A DNA stretch of 64,000 nt, taken from IMG/VR virus record IMGVR_UViG_3300005259_000041. One strand, 5' to 3'. The position numbers were made by a program, and so were the translations under genes. Source of the DNA: an uncultured virus (IMG/VR IMGVR_UViG_3300005259_000041). Taxonomy: Duplodnaviria; Heunggongvirae; Uroviricota; Caudoviricetes. Shown in pieces: positions 30,926-39,669 of the stretch (positions are counted from its first letter, which is position 1; every line of letters begins with the position of its first letter). The notes under the pieces were generated by a model, which saw only the letters and a list, made by a program, of their open reading frames with translations, had not been told where the DNA came from and ran no database searches.

Positions 30926-31729
30926 TTGACTATTGAAATTCCCGGCCCATTGTGGCCATCTGGATTAAACATGGCTACCCAATCTGGATCCAATGCTGTT
31001 ACTTTTTCAGTAAGGTACGTAAAGGGGTGTGCCTATGCTCAGGTTTTTGATTTATATGTAAATTCTTTTGTTGATTTCACCTTTCTTTTCTTTATTGATG
31101 GTAGGCAGGTGTCATTTTATGAGTTTAGAAAGCACGTGAGGCTCGCAGAGCTTTCTGCCACGCCAAAGGATATTGAGGGATTTAAACAAAGATTGGCCGG
31201 GCGTTCTCACGATAAATATTATCAAACTATTGCTTTACCATATGGCCAAACCATCGGAGGATATGAACGTACAGTTTATACCTGGGACAAGTTTGCTAAG
31301 ACTATAAACTTCAGAGGCAAAACTGTTCTAGATGCGGGGTGTTATCATTGTTATGTTGCTTTTGGGGCAGAAGACTCTGGGGCAAAATCGGTTACTGGCT
31401 TAGATTGCAATCGAGACGTTATAGATACGTCTAGTGAGTTGGCCAGAATATGGGGGTATGAAACCAAGTTTATTTGTGAAGATCTAAACACTTGGGTCCC
31501 CCTTGAGACTTATGATATAGTAATTTGTTCTAATGTTATCCATCATGCAAAAAATCCAGAACACACAATCGCCATGCTTTTTGGCGCTGGAGATTGGGTG
31601 GTTTGGGAGGCTCACGAAAAATTTAAGCCCATATTTGACCAACAGCTAACGCATCAGTTGTTTTTAGAGGAAGAGAGCGCCCGCACTGCGGAGCTGTCCA
31701 GGCGCCTCTATTATTACAAGCGCAAATAG
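30926..31729 (+). CDS. class I SAM-dependent methyltransferase
   Basis: GKTVLDAGC..C, GAKSVTGLD, YDIVICSNVIHH.KNP. Confidence 0.85.
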   Translation: MTIEIPGPLWPSGLNMATQSGSNAVTFSVRYVKGCAYAQVFDLYVNSFVDFTFLFFIDGRQVSFYEFRKHVRLAELSATPKDIEGFKQRLAGRSHDKYYQTIALPYGQTIGGYERTVYTWDKFAKTINFRGKTVLDAGCYHCYVAFGAEDSGAKSVTGLDCNRDVIDTSSELARIWGYETKFICEDLNTWVPLETYDIVICSNVIHHAKNPEHTIAMLFGAGDWVVWEAHEKFKPIFDQQLTHQLFLEEESARTAELSRRLYYYKRK

Positions 31730-31738
31730 GGAGAGGTT

Positions 31739-33046
31739 ATGGCTATTTTTGAGTTGGTTACGGGTCCAATGCGAGCTGGTAAAACAACCTATGCGTCAAA
31801 TAAACAGAATGTTAAGTATATTTGTTATGATGGCCTCATGACTGAAGTCGGTTGGCATAATTTTGATATTGCTTTGGCTCGCATCATTGACATTGCTAAC
31901 GCTTCCCCCGACGATAATTTTATTCTAGACGGCTGGTTTAGTATGTATAATCAAGGGGCTGATACGGTGAGGTATCTGCAAAGCGCCATTAAGCAGAAAG
32001 TGGTATTTACCGTCATGTTTACTGAAATAGACACCATACTATCACTAAAGCGGCAATTGCCCGAGGGCGCTAGGGAACATCACACTAGAGATGTCATTCT
32101 CCAGTCCCGCCGTCACTTAATTTCAATGTGTACTCGGGAGCTTTTGTCTGTCGAGTTTTCTTTTAGAACGCGCTCCGGCCCCATTGATTTTTATGAATTT
32201 GTTGAGCGTGTTCGGGCCGAGGGAACTGAAGTTGATGCACAGGATATAGATAATTTTTTAGTTTGTGCGGCGCAAAGAGAGCGCCGAGCCGATTTGTGCG
32301 GTGATGAGCCAGCACAAGCATTAGTTTCTATTGTCATGCCGGTATATAATCATGTGGAATTTGTGGGGGAAGCAATAGAAGATTTGCTCAATCAAACCTA
32401 TTCTAATCTGGAAATAATTTTAGTGAATGACGGCTCTACGGATGGCTCTCTTAACGTTCTACGTCAATATGCAGCTAAAGATAATAGAATTACATGTTTA
32501 TCTAAAAATCACGATCCAGCGGGAGGCGGGCCAGGCTCGGCCCTCAACCTTGGGTTTAATGCTGCCAATGGCAAGTATGTGACGTGGGCCTCTTCCGACG
32601 ACAGAAAGTACAGTGATTACGTAGAAACTCTTGCTGGCTGTCTATCCCAAAATCCGAACATAGAAATGGTATTTTCTTCTTTCCGTTTATCGTCACCAGA
32701 CTGTACCGGTCCAGAGTGTGTCTTTTTTCCCAACGTTCCTCCGGGGGAGACTATAGTGGTTGAGAATTTTATGCATAGAATGGCTGGGCAGTGCATTACT
32801 GGAATTTGTTTTATGTATACCAGAGACTTGAAACGTCGTGCCGGCCCGTTTGTCCTGATGCCAGGAGAGGACTATGTAATGGGTGTAAAAATGGGCGCGC
32901 TATCTAATGTGGCTTATGTGAGAAAAATTTTGGGTGCCCATAGAAGTCATCCTAAATCTTTAACAGTGATAAATCCAAATTGTGTATCAGAGGCTAACCG
33001 ACTAGCTATAGGTATGGCTAATCAATATCTTATGGGGAGAAAATAA
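31739..33046 (+). CDS. P-loop kinase-like domain fused to a GT2 glycosyltransferase
   Basis: N-terminal Walker A GPMRAGKTT and ILDG; C-terminal VSIVMPVYN...QTY.NLEIILVNDGSTD...ALN.G...A.GKY..W.SSDD...GEDY. Confidence 0.85.
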   Translation: MAIFELVTGPMRAGKTTYASNKQNVKYICYDGLMTEVGWHNFDIALARIIDIANASPDDNFILDGWFSMYNQGADTVRYLQSAIKQKVVFTVMFTEIDTILSLKRQLPEGAREHHTRDVILQSRRHLISMCTRELLSVEFSFRTRSGPIDFYEFVERVRAEGTEVDAQDIDNFLVCAAQRERRADLCGDEPAQALVSIVMPVYNHVEFVGEAIEDLLNQTYSNLEIILVNDGSTDGSLNVLRQYAAKDNRITCLSKNHDPAGGGPGSALNLGFNAANGKYVTWASSDDRKYSDYVETLAGCLSQNPNIEMVFSSFRLSSPDCTGPECVFFPNVPPGETIVVENFMHRMAGQCITGICFMYTRDLKRRAGPFVLMPGEDYVMGVKMGALSNVAYVRKILGAHRSHPKSLTVINPNCVSEANRLAIGMANQYLMGRK

Positions 33047-34020
33047 TGGGAAAAGATAATATTCCTGCACCAGAAGCACACACGATTTACGACGCATGGG
33101 ACCATCGTAGTCCATGGCCTACAATTGTTTATGTTGAAACTAGTAATTATTGTAATGCCAATTGTGTGGTGTGTCCATATAGCGTCGTGGAAGTGAAGAA
33201 AAGCATTATGTCCCTTGATACTTTTAAGTTAGTGGCAGACAAGGTCAAGGCCCGAAATCTTAAAATAGGGGGCATGTTTTGCTTTGGGGAACCTCTAACT
33301 GATCCGACTATTTTCAGAAAATATGAGTATGGCAATAGCATAGGCGTCATGGACAGACTTGTCGGGTTTAACACTAATGTGTCTTTACTCACTCCAGACA
33401 AGTGGGACGACATTCTGAACCACACTCCGAATATAGTGTTGAGCTTTTATAATGTTGGTGCTAAATATGAGGAATTGACGCGCACACTAAAATGGGATAT
33501 TTCTTATAAAAACGCCATTGATTTTATAGAGTATAGAGATAAAGTCAAACCAGGCTACCCAATTGCCATTGGCGTCAGTGCGGTCAGCGGGTATGACGCA
33601 GACTTAGTGCGTCAGGCTTTTAATGGATATAATGTATACTATCAGGGTGAACCTGAACTGAGATACAATGGTGGTGAGTTTATGGACGGGGTAACAGATA
33701 GGCTGTATTTATTCCCACACTGGCGTTGCGACGGGTTCAAGGGAGCGATTCAGGTGAAGGCAGATTTATCTACTCTTTATTGCGCCTACGATGTCATCAG
33801 ATATGAAACTAAAATTGGTCATTTTTTAGATAATTCTTGGGAAGAGCTGGAAGCTAATTTTAGATCTCGGTGGAGAGCTGGGAGCACATGGTGTAGAAGA
33901 TGTGACTTTTGGCACCTCTCCAAGCGAGTTATTAATAATGGGTGCAAACCAACGGAAGATATGTCTTGGTCCCCAGAGAGTCTAGCCGAACAAAAGGCCA
34001 GGGGAGATTTTGACGAATGA
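33046..34020 (+). CDS. radical SAM protein (SPASM/twitch-like C-terminus)
   Basis: CNANCVVC (CxxxCxxC), FGEPL.DP, NTN, C-terminal C...CAYD...IG...CRRC. Confidence 0.88.
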   Translation: MGKDNIPAPEAHTIYDAWDHRSPWPTIVYVETSNYCNANCVVCPYSVVEVKKSIMSLDTFKLVADKVKARNLKIGGMFCFGEPLTDPTIFRKYEYGNSIGVMDRLVGFNTNVSLLTPDKWDDILNHTPNIVLSFYNVGAKYEELTRTLKWDISYKNAIDFIEYRDKVKPGYPIAIGVSAVSGYDADLVRQAFNGYNVYYQGEPELRYNGGEFMDGVTDRLYLFPHWRCDGFKGAIQVKADLSTLYCAYDVIRYETKIGHFLDNSWEELEANFRSRWRAGSTWCRRCDFWHLSKRVINNGCKPTEDMSWSPESLAEQKARGDFDE

Positions 34021-34793
34021 GGTACGATTATTCACTTGACCGGCCTCGCCCGGTTTTGGGGGTTCACCTAGATGACGCATTTTGTGAGAATTGGCTTGCG
34101 TCGTTGCGGTCCTATGCAGCTGAACTTACGTTCGGGGAGGACACACCAAATCGTGGCGATAGGTTTTATACTAAAAACCCATGTTTTGCTGGAATAGACG
34201 CGGTCCTTCTAGCGGCTATTCTTAGAAAATATCATCCTCAAAATATCATTGAAGTTGGATCCGGCTTTACAACGGCTCTCATGTTGGACGTTAATGAAAA
34301 ATTTTTAGGTGGAGACGTTAATTTCACATGTATAGACCTAGATTGTCAAAGACTAAAAACTTTAATGAAAGCTGGGGATTCAGTTTCTATCATGGAAAAG
34401 GAAGTTCAGAACGTACCTTTGTCTGTTTTTGACCAGCTTCAAAATGGAGACGTGTTGTTTGTAGACGGGTCTCATATCTGCGGCCCCGATACAGACGTGA
34501 ATTTCATTGTATTTGAAGTATTGCCAAGATTGTCTCCGGGGGTGATGATTCATTTTCATGATATTTTTTGGCCATTTGAGTATCCGAAAAATTGGGTGAA
34601 AAATAAGTGGGATTTCAATGAGGCTTATATTTTGAGGGCTTTCTTATCTTATAACGAAAGTTTTAGAATTTTATGTTCTTCTAGTTATGCCCACTTATAT
34701 CATAAGGCCACTTTGTGTAAAACCTTGGGAATAGATGAACAATTTGAATTTAATTATGATGTTATCGCTTCGTTGTGGCTGGAGACAATATGA
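34017..34793 (+). CDS. class I SAM methyltransferase (Methyltransf_24-like)
   Basis: IIEVGSGFTT, GDVLFVDGSH, DVNF...EVLPRL.PGV.IHFHDIF.PFEYP..W, NEAY.L.AFL. Confidence 0.88.
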   Translation: MRYDYSLDRPRPVLGVHLDDAFCENWLASLRSYAAELTFGEDTPNRGDRFYTKNPCFAGIDAVLLAAILRKYHPQNIIEVGSGFTTALMLDVNEKFLGGDVNFTCIDLDCQRLKTLMKAGDSVSIMEKEVQNVPLSVFDQLQNGDVLFVDGSHICGPDTDVNFIVFEVLPRLSPGVMIHFHDIFWPFEYPKNWVKNKWDFNEAYILRAFLSYNESFRILCSSSYAHLYHKATLCKTLGIDEQFEFNYDVIASLWLETI

Positions 34794-35632
34794 TTGAAAC
34801 GCCCAAGGTGGCTCATTTTTATTGGGGCAGTGAAAACTTACCTCTTATGCGGTATTTGACGCTAAAGACATTTTCATATTATAATCCACAGTGGAAAATG
34901 ATATTGCATGTCCCAGAGGTGAAGGACACTCCAATTACTTGGCTTTCATATGAAAACAAAACGGGAAATTCAGGTGAAAACTACTATAATCGCATTTCCA
35001 CTATTCCAGCTTTAACAGTGTCAGTCGTAGGTGAGGCAGCCTATGGGCCAAGATTCACTAACATGTCTGATGTCCATAGGGCAGATTTGATTAGATACGG
35101 CTTGATACACAATTCTGGCGGAATATGGAGCGATATGGATATTTTATATATTAAGCCGATTCCTATGTCTTCAGATACACATGAGTCTTATATCGTGGGT
35201 TACACAGAGGGTAGGGGAACAGACCATGAGTTCCCCGTTGGGTTTTTAGCTTCAAAACCAGGGAGCAGCCTGTTTGGTGCCATTAAGAATGAAGTCGAAA
35301 GGAGCTATAATCCCAATGCTTATGAAGCAATGGGTTGTGTGTTGCTGTATCGTCATTTAGTGCATAACGCCTCTTCTGTAGGAATTTTACCGGCTTCCAC
35401 AGTATATCCATTAGAGGTTTCACAGATTAGCTCTATTTTTAATCCGGGTGGAAATGTGGATATTGCAAAAGAGAGCTTCGGGGTTCATTGGTATGCTGGG
35501 CATCCAATAGCTGGAGAATTTGTAAAGCGCATGAATTTTGCATCGGATTTTGTTAACGATGACGCTTGGATTTCTAGGGTGTTAAGGGAATCTAGTTTTT
35601 ATCAAGACGCGATGCTTAACGGGCAGTATTAA
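34790..35632 (+). CDS. DXD-motif glycosyltransferase (GT32/capsular-polysaccharide-synthesis-like)
   Basis: PK.AHFYWG, ADLIRY..I...GGIWSDMD, HWY. Start moved to ATG 34790 (ATGA overlap). Confidence 0.8.
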   Translation: MIETPKVAHFYWGSENLPLMRYLTLKTFSYYNPQWKMILHVPEVKDTPITWLSYENKTGNSGENYYNRISTIPALTVSVVGEAAYGPRFTNMSDVHRADLIRYGLIHNSGGIWSDMDILYIKPIPMSSDTHESYIVGYTEGRGTDHEFPVGFLASKPGSSLFGAIKNEVERSYNPNAYEAMGCVLLYRHLVHNASSVGILPASTVYPLEVSQISSIFNPGGNVDIAKESFGVHWYAGHPIAGEFVKRMNFASDFVNDDAWISRVLRESSFYQDAMLNGQY

Positions 35633-35645
35633 GAGGAGAATAACA

Positions 35646-36707
35646 ATGTATGATGGACTGAGGGGCAAGAAGGTTCTTATCACTGGTGGCACTGGCTCTT
35701 TAGGTAAGACCATGATAAATAGGTTGCTATATCATTCTGAGGTTGAGAAGATTACTGTTTTTTCTAGAGATGAAGCCAAGCAGTATTATATGCGCTTAGA
35801 GCATCAAAAAAAGATAGCCGCCACAGAAGAGCTTATATATAAAGACTATATGCAAAAGCTACAGTTCAAAATTGGGGATATTAGAGATTACGAGGCCGTG
35901 CGGGCCGTGGTTAACGAAGCAGATATCGTTGTAAATGCTGCGGCGATGAAGCAGGTCCCAATCTGTGAGTATTTTCCGTATGAGGCGGCTAAAACTAATA
36001 TCACTGGAGCGCACAACCTCGTGGAGGCTGTTAAGGAGTGTGGTGGCAAAAAGACGGTGGTGGGCGTCTCAACAGACAAAGCTGTGCATCCAGTCAACGC
36101 AATGGGGATGACGAAGGCGTTGCAGGAGCGGGTTTTTATTGAGGGGAATATTTCTGTGCCAGAAAGCAGATTTGTATGTGTAAGGTATGGTAACGTTTTG
36201 GCGTCCAGGGGGTCTGTGGTCCCACTCTTTGCTCAGCAAATTCTTTCTGGTGGCCCAGTTACTATTACGACGAACGACATGACGAGATTTCTTCTGCCCC
36301 TAGAAAGGGCTGTGGACACAGTTTTAGTGGCCATTAAGGCAGCTCAACGCGGAGAAACTATAATTCCTATTGTGCCATCCGCACGTATGTTAGACGTCGC
36401 CAAGGTCATGGTTGGGCAAAAACACATATCTATTACGGAAACTGGTATTAGACCAGGAGAAAAAATTCATGAGATTCTAGTTTCTATGGAAGAGTCTGGT
36501 CGTACCTATCGCACAGAAGAGGGATACTATGCGATTAAGCCCATGTTGCCCGAGATATGTGAGCAGAAAACCGAAAGTGTATTGGCCCATGAGTATAGCT
36601 CAATGGACGACATTATGTCTCAGCATGATATTGAGGTTCTTCTTAATAAATTTGATTTATTAAATTTTAGTCTTTACGGCCAAATGTCCAATGAGGTGCT
36701 TCGATGA
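35646..36707 (+). CDS. fnlA: UDP-GlcNAc 4,6-dehydratase/5-epimerase (FnlA/CapE/WbjB family)
   Basis: ITGGTGSLG, FSRDEAKQ, AAAMKQVP.CE..P.EA.KTN..G, STDKAV.PVNAMG.TKALQE, RYGNVLASRGSVVPLF, MTRF, GIRPGEK.HE. Confidence 0.88.
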   Translation: MYDGLRGKKVLITGGTGSLGKTMINRLLYHSEVEKITVFSRDEAKQYYMRLEHQKKIAATEELIYKDYMQKLQFKIGDIRDYEAVRAVVNEADIVVNAAAMKQVPICEYFPYEAAKTNITGAHNLVEAVKECGGKKTVVGVSTDKAVHPVNAMGMTKALQERVFIEGNISVPESRFVCVRYGNVLASRGSVVPLFAQQILSGGPVTITTNDMTRFLLPLERAVDTVLVAIKAAQRGETIIPIVPSARMLDVAKVMVGQKHISITETGIRPGEKIHEILVSMEESGRTYRTEEGYYAIKPMLPEICEQKTESVLAHEYSSMDDIMSQHDIEVLLNKFDLLNFSLYGQMSNEVLR

Positions 36708-37552
36708 GAGTTTTAGTTCTAGGGCCCTCTGGAATGCTTGGCAGTATGGTGCTGAAATATTTAACCTCCAAGGGAATATGGACATCGTGCGTGGGACGCA
36801 GCGCCCTCGATGTTGGGCGAGTTACAGGCTTAGAGGCCAACCTAGTAGATGCGCTTGAGGGTTATGATTGGGCGATTAATGCCATTGGTATGATTAAATG
36901 TCATATCAAAGACGATAGCGCCACAGACGTAATGAAGGCTATCAAGATCAATTCGATATATCCGCGCTATTTGGCTAGGGCAGCCGAAGCAACTGGTTGT
37001 AAGATAATAAATATTGCCACTGACTGTGTGTATTCTGGTGCTATTGGGGACTATATTGAGACTTCGCCACACGACCCAACAGATGTTTATGGTAAGACCA
37101 AGTCTTTAGGTGAAGTTCCCTCCCCGAATATGATGCACCTGAGATGCTCTATTGTCGGTCCAGAGCTTAAAACACATAAATCACTTTTAGATTGGTTTTT
37201 AGGCCATGCGCCTGGAACTACTTTAAACGGCTTTTCACATCATCATTGGAATGGCATTACTACCCTTCATTTTGCGAAGCTATGCGAAGGCGTCATTAAC
37301 AACAATATTTGTTTGGATGGTATCCAACATGTTGTCCCAGGCAATCGCATGAATAAAGAGGAGATGCTCAATTTATTTAAGCGCGTTTATTGTCGTGATT
37401 ATGAAATTGTTTCATCGTCTTCTGGCGCGGCCATCAATCGCACTCTCGTGACCAATAGGCCAGATAAAAACTTGGAGCTTTGGTCTGCGGCTGGGTATAT
37501 GTCGCCGCCCACAATAGAGGATATGGTGAATGAGTTGCGGAGTTTTGAATGA
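36704..37552 (+). CDS. RmlD-like NDP-4-keto-6-deoxy-HexNAc 4-reductase (QnlA/WbvR-like)
   Basis: G.SGMLG, INAIG.IK, IN...P, TDCVYSG..G.Y.E, YGKTK..GE, SIVG, SLLDWFL, W.G.TT. Confidence 0.8.
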   Translation: MRVLVLGPSGMLGSMVLKYLTSKGIWTSCVGRSALDVGRVTGLEANLVDALEGYDWAINAIGMIKCHIKDDSATDVMKAIKINSIYPRYLARAAEATGCKIINIATDCVYSGAIGDYIETSPHDPTDVYGKTKSLGEVPSPNMMHLRCSIVGPELKTHKSLLDWFLGHAPGTTLNGFSHHHWNGITTLHFAKLCEGVINNNICLDGIQHVVPGNRMNKEEMLNLFKRVYCRDYEIVSSSSGAAINRTLVTNRPDKNLELWSAAGYMSPPTIEDMVNELRSFE

Positions 37553-38616
37553 AGATATGCACGGTTATTGGCACTCGCCCAGAAATTATTCGTCTCAGTC
37601 GCGTTATTCCAAAAATTGATGAGGCCGCCCAGCAGGTTGTAATCCACACTGGACAGAACTATGATAAGAATCTCAATGATATTTTCTTTGACTCGTTAAG
37701 GCTCCGCCGCCCAGATTATTTTCTAGGTGCGAAGGGGTCCTTTGGGCAGCAAATCAGTACAATGTTCTCTGCCGGCGAAGAGACTCTGGAGAGGGAAAGA
37801 CCAGATAAGCTATTGGTATTGGGGGACACCAACAGTGCCCTTTTGGCTATTGTTGCGAAAAGGATGGGCATAGCCGTATACCACATGGAAGCTGGTAATA
37901 GGTGTTTTTCGGAAAGGAGCCCAGAGGAAATAAATAGAAGGGTGATTGACCATAGCTCAGATATTCTCATGCCATACACAGAGGGAAGCCGTAGAAATCT
38001 AATCAGGGAGGGGATTCAGTCTAATCGAATTTATGTTACTGGGAATCCAATCTTTGAGGTCTTAAATTATTATAAGTCTGATATTGATGAGAATTTAATT
38101 CTAGAGGAATTGAGTTTAATCCCACAGAACTATTTGTTGGTTACTGTGCATAGAGCAGAAAACGTTGATGTGCCCGAAAAGCTTAATTCTATTATAGCTG
38201 CTTTAGATATTTTGAGCGCCAAATATAGAATTCCTATTATTGTTTCTACGCATCCACACACTAAGAAACTTTTACCTCCTAGTGTTGCCACTGGCAATAT
38301 TCGGTGGCTAGACCCTATGGATTTGTTTACTTTTATTAAATTGGAACAAAATGCGCTTTGTGTCTTAACGGATTCTGGGACAGTGCAAGAGGAAACCTGC
38401 ATCTATAGGGTTCCCAATGTACATATAAGAGATTTTACGGAAAGACCGGAGACCTTGGAATGTGGAAGCAATATTGTTTCTGGGACTAATAGTAATCAGA
38501 TAGTCAGTTCTGTGGACCTCGCAATCAAATCGACGTGCGATTGGACACCACCTGCGGAATATTTAAAACAGACTGTTTCTGACGTTGTATTGAGGCTTTT
38601 GTCGTGTCAATTTTAA
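37549..38616 (+). CDS. UDP-HexNAc 2-epimerase (FnlC/WbjD/QnlB family)
   Basis: GTRPEIIRLSRV, HTGQNYD, LGDTNS, HMEAGNRCF...PEEINRR..DH, TGNPI, T.HRAENVD, TDSGTVQEE, TERPE. Confidence 0.9.
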   Translation: MKICTVIGTRPEIIRLSRVIPKIDEAAQQVVIHTGQNYDKNLNDIFFDSLRLRRPDYFLGAKGSFGQQISTMFSAGEETLERERPDKLLVLGDTNSALLAIVAKRMGIAVYHMEAGNRCFSERSPEEINRRVIDHSSDILMPYTEGSRRNLIREGIQSNRIYVTGNPIFEVLNYYKSDIDENLILEELSLIPQNYLLVTVHRAENVDVPEKLNSIIAALDILSAKYRIPIIVSTHPHTKKLLPPSVATGNIRWLDPMDLFTFIKLEQNALCVLTDSGTVQEETCIYRVPNVHIRDFTERPETLECGSNIVSGTNSNQIVSSVDLAIKSTCDWTPPAEYLKQTVSDVVLRLLSCQF

Positions 38617-38632
38617 CCCACAGGAGAGAGAG

Positions 38633-39607
38633 ATGAAGAGAGCGCTAGTAACGGGTATTTATGGACAAGACGGCGGGTTCCTGGCCAAGCAATTGCTGGA
38701 AGAGGGCTGCGAGGTGTGGGGCGTGAAAAGGCGTTCGGCCTCTTCGGTCCCATGGCGCTTAGAGGCTTTGGGTATTTTGGATCATCCCAATTTGAAGATT
38801 TTAGAGGGGGACGTGACTGATCCCATTTCCATGTTGGATTGCGTTAGCACCTCTAGGCCAGAGGAGGTCTATAATACGGCGGCTATGAGTCATGTCGGAA
38901 CCTCGTTTAAACAACCGCTGGCTACCGCGCAAATTGACGGCCTGGGCGTTTTAAATATATTGGAAGCTATTCGGACGCAAGCTCCAGAGGCCAGGTTTGT
39001 GCAGTGTTCAACCTCTGAGCTTTATGGTAATCTGCCGCCTGAGAAGCAGTCGTTGGGCATTTATCATCCAAGGAGCCCATACGGCATAGCTAAACTGTTT
39101 GGCTTCTGGACAACGGTAAACTACAGAGAAACCTATAACCTCTTTGCCTGTAACTCTATTTGCTATAATCATGAGTCCGCTTTGCGGGGATCTGAATTTG
39201 TCACTCGCAAAATTACACTTGGCTTGGCGGATATTGTTACTGGTAGGAGCAAGGTTATTAAGTTGGGCAATATTGACGCTAAGCGCGACTGGCAACATGC
39301 AAAGGATGCCTGCCGGGCAATGACCATGATGGCGCGTGCCACTACGCCCGACGACTTTGTGGTTGCCACTGGGGAGTCTCATTCGGTGAGAGAGTTTCTC
39401 CAGTTGGCCGTTAGGAAGGCTGGCTTAGGCGAGGATTATGAGAGCTTTATTGAAATCGACCCACAGTTTTACCGTCCTGCAGAGGTCCCGGACTTAAAGG
39501 GTAATCCCACCAAAATTATGAAGGAGTTGGGGTGGAAGCCGACCATATCCTATGACCAGTTGGTGGCTGAAATGGTTAATTATGATGTGTTTAAGCAGTG
39601 TCCTTGA
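38633..39607 (+). CDS. gmd: GDP-mannose 4,6-dehydratase
   Basis: ALVTGI.GQDG.FLA, AAMSHV..SF..P, STSELYG, PRSPYG.AK, NYRE.Y, NHES..RG.EFVTRKI, LGN.DAKRDW.HA.D, RPAEV..L.G. Confidence 0.95.
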   Translation: MKRALVTGIYGQDGGFLAKQLLEEGCEVWGVKRRSASSVPWRLEALGILDHPNLKILEGDVTDPISMLDCVSTSRPEEVYNTAAMSHVGTSFKQPLATAQIDGLGVLNILEAIRTQAPEARFVQCSTSELYGNLPPEKQSLGIYHPRSPYGIAKLFGFWTTVNYRETYNLFACNSICYNHESALRGSEFVTRKITLGLADIVTGRSKVIKLGNIDAKRDWQHAKDACRAMTMMARATTPDDFVVATGESHSVREFLQLAVRKAGLGEDYESFIEIDPQFYRPAEVPDLKGNPTKIMKELGWKPTISYDQLVAEMVNYDVFKQCP

Positions 39608-39632
39608 CTTTTGTGAACTTTTAAATTATATT
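39604..39632 (+). promoter_or_regulatory. sigma70-like promoter TTGACT-N17-TATATT
   Basis: TTGACT at 39604-39609, TATATT at 39627-39632; AAGGAG RBS before ATG 39670. Confidence 0.7.
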
Positions 39633-39669
39633 CCTCATGTAGAGGGAACCATATCACAAGGAGATTATA

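Noticed and set aside
25212..39607. Ordinary host O-antigen/capsule locus (chimeric contig)
   Set aside because: No flippase, polymerase, chain-length regulator or initiating transferase is recognisable, and the cluster shares the promoter style and tight coupling of the flanking phage genes. Read-level confirmation is still advisable.
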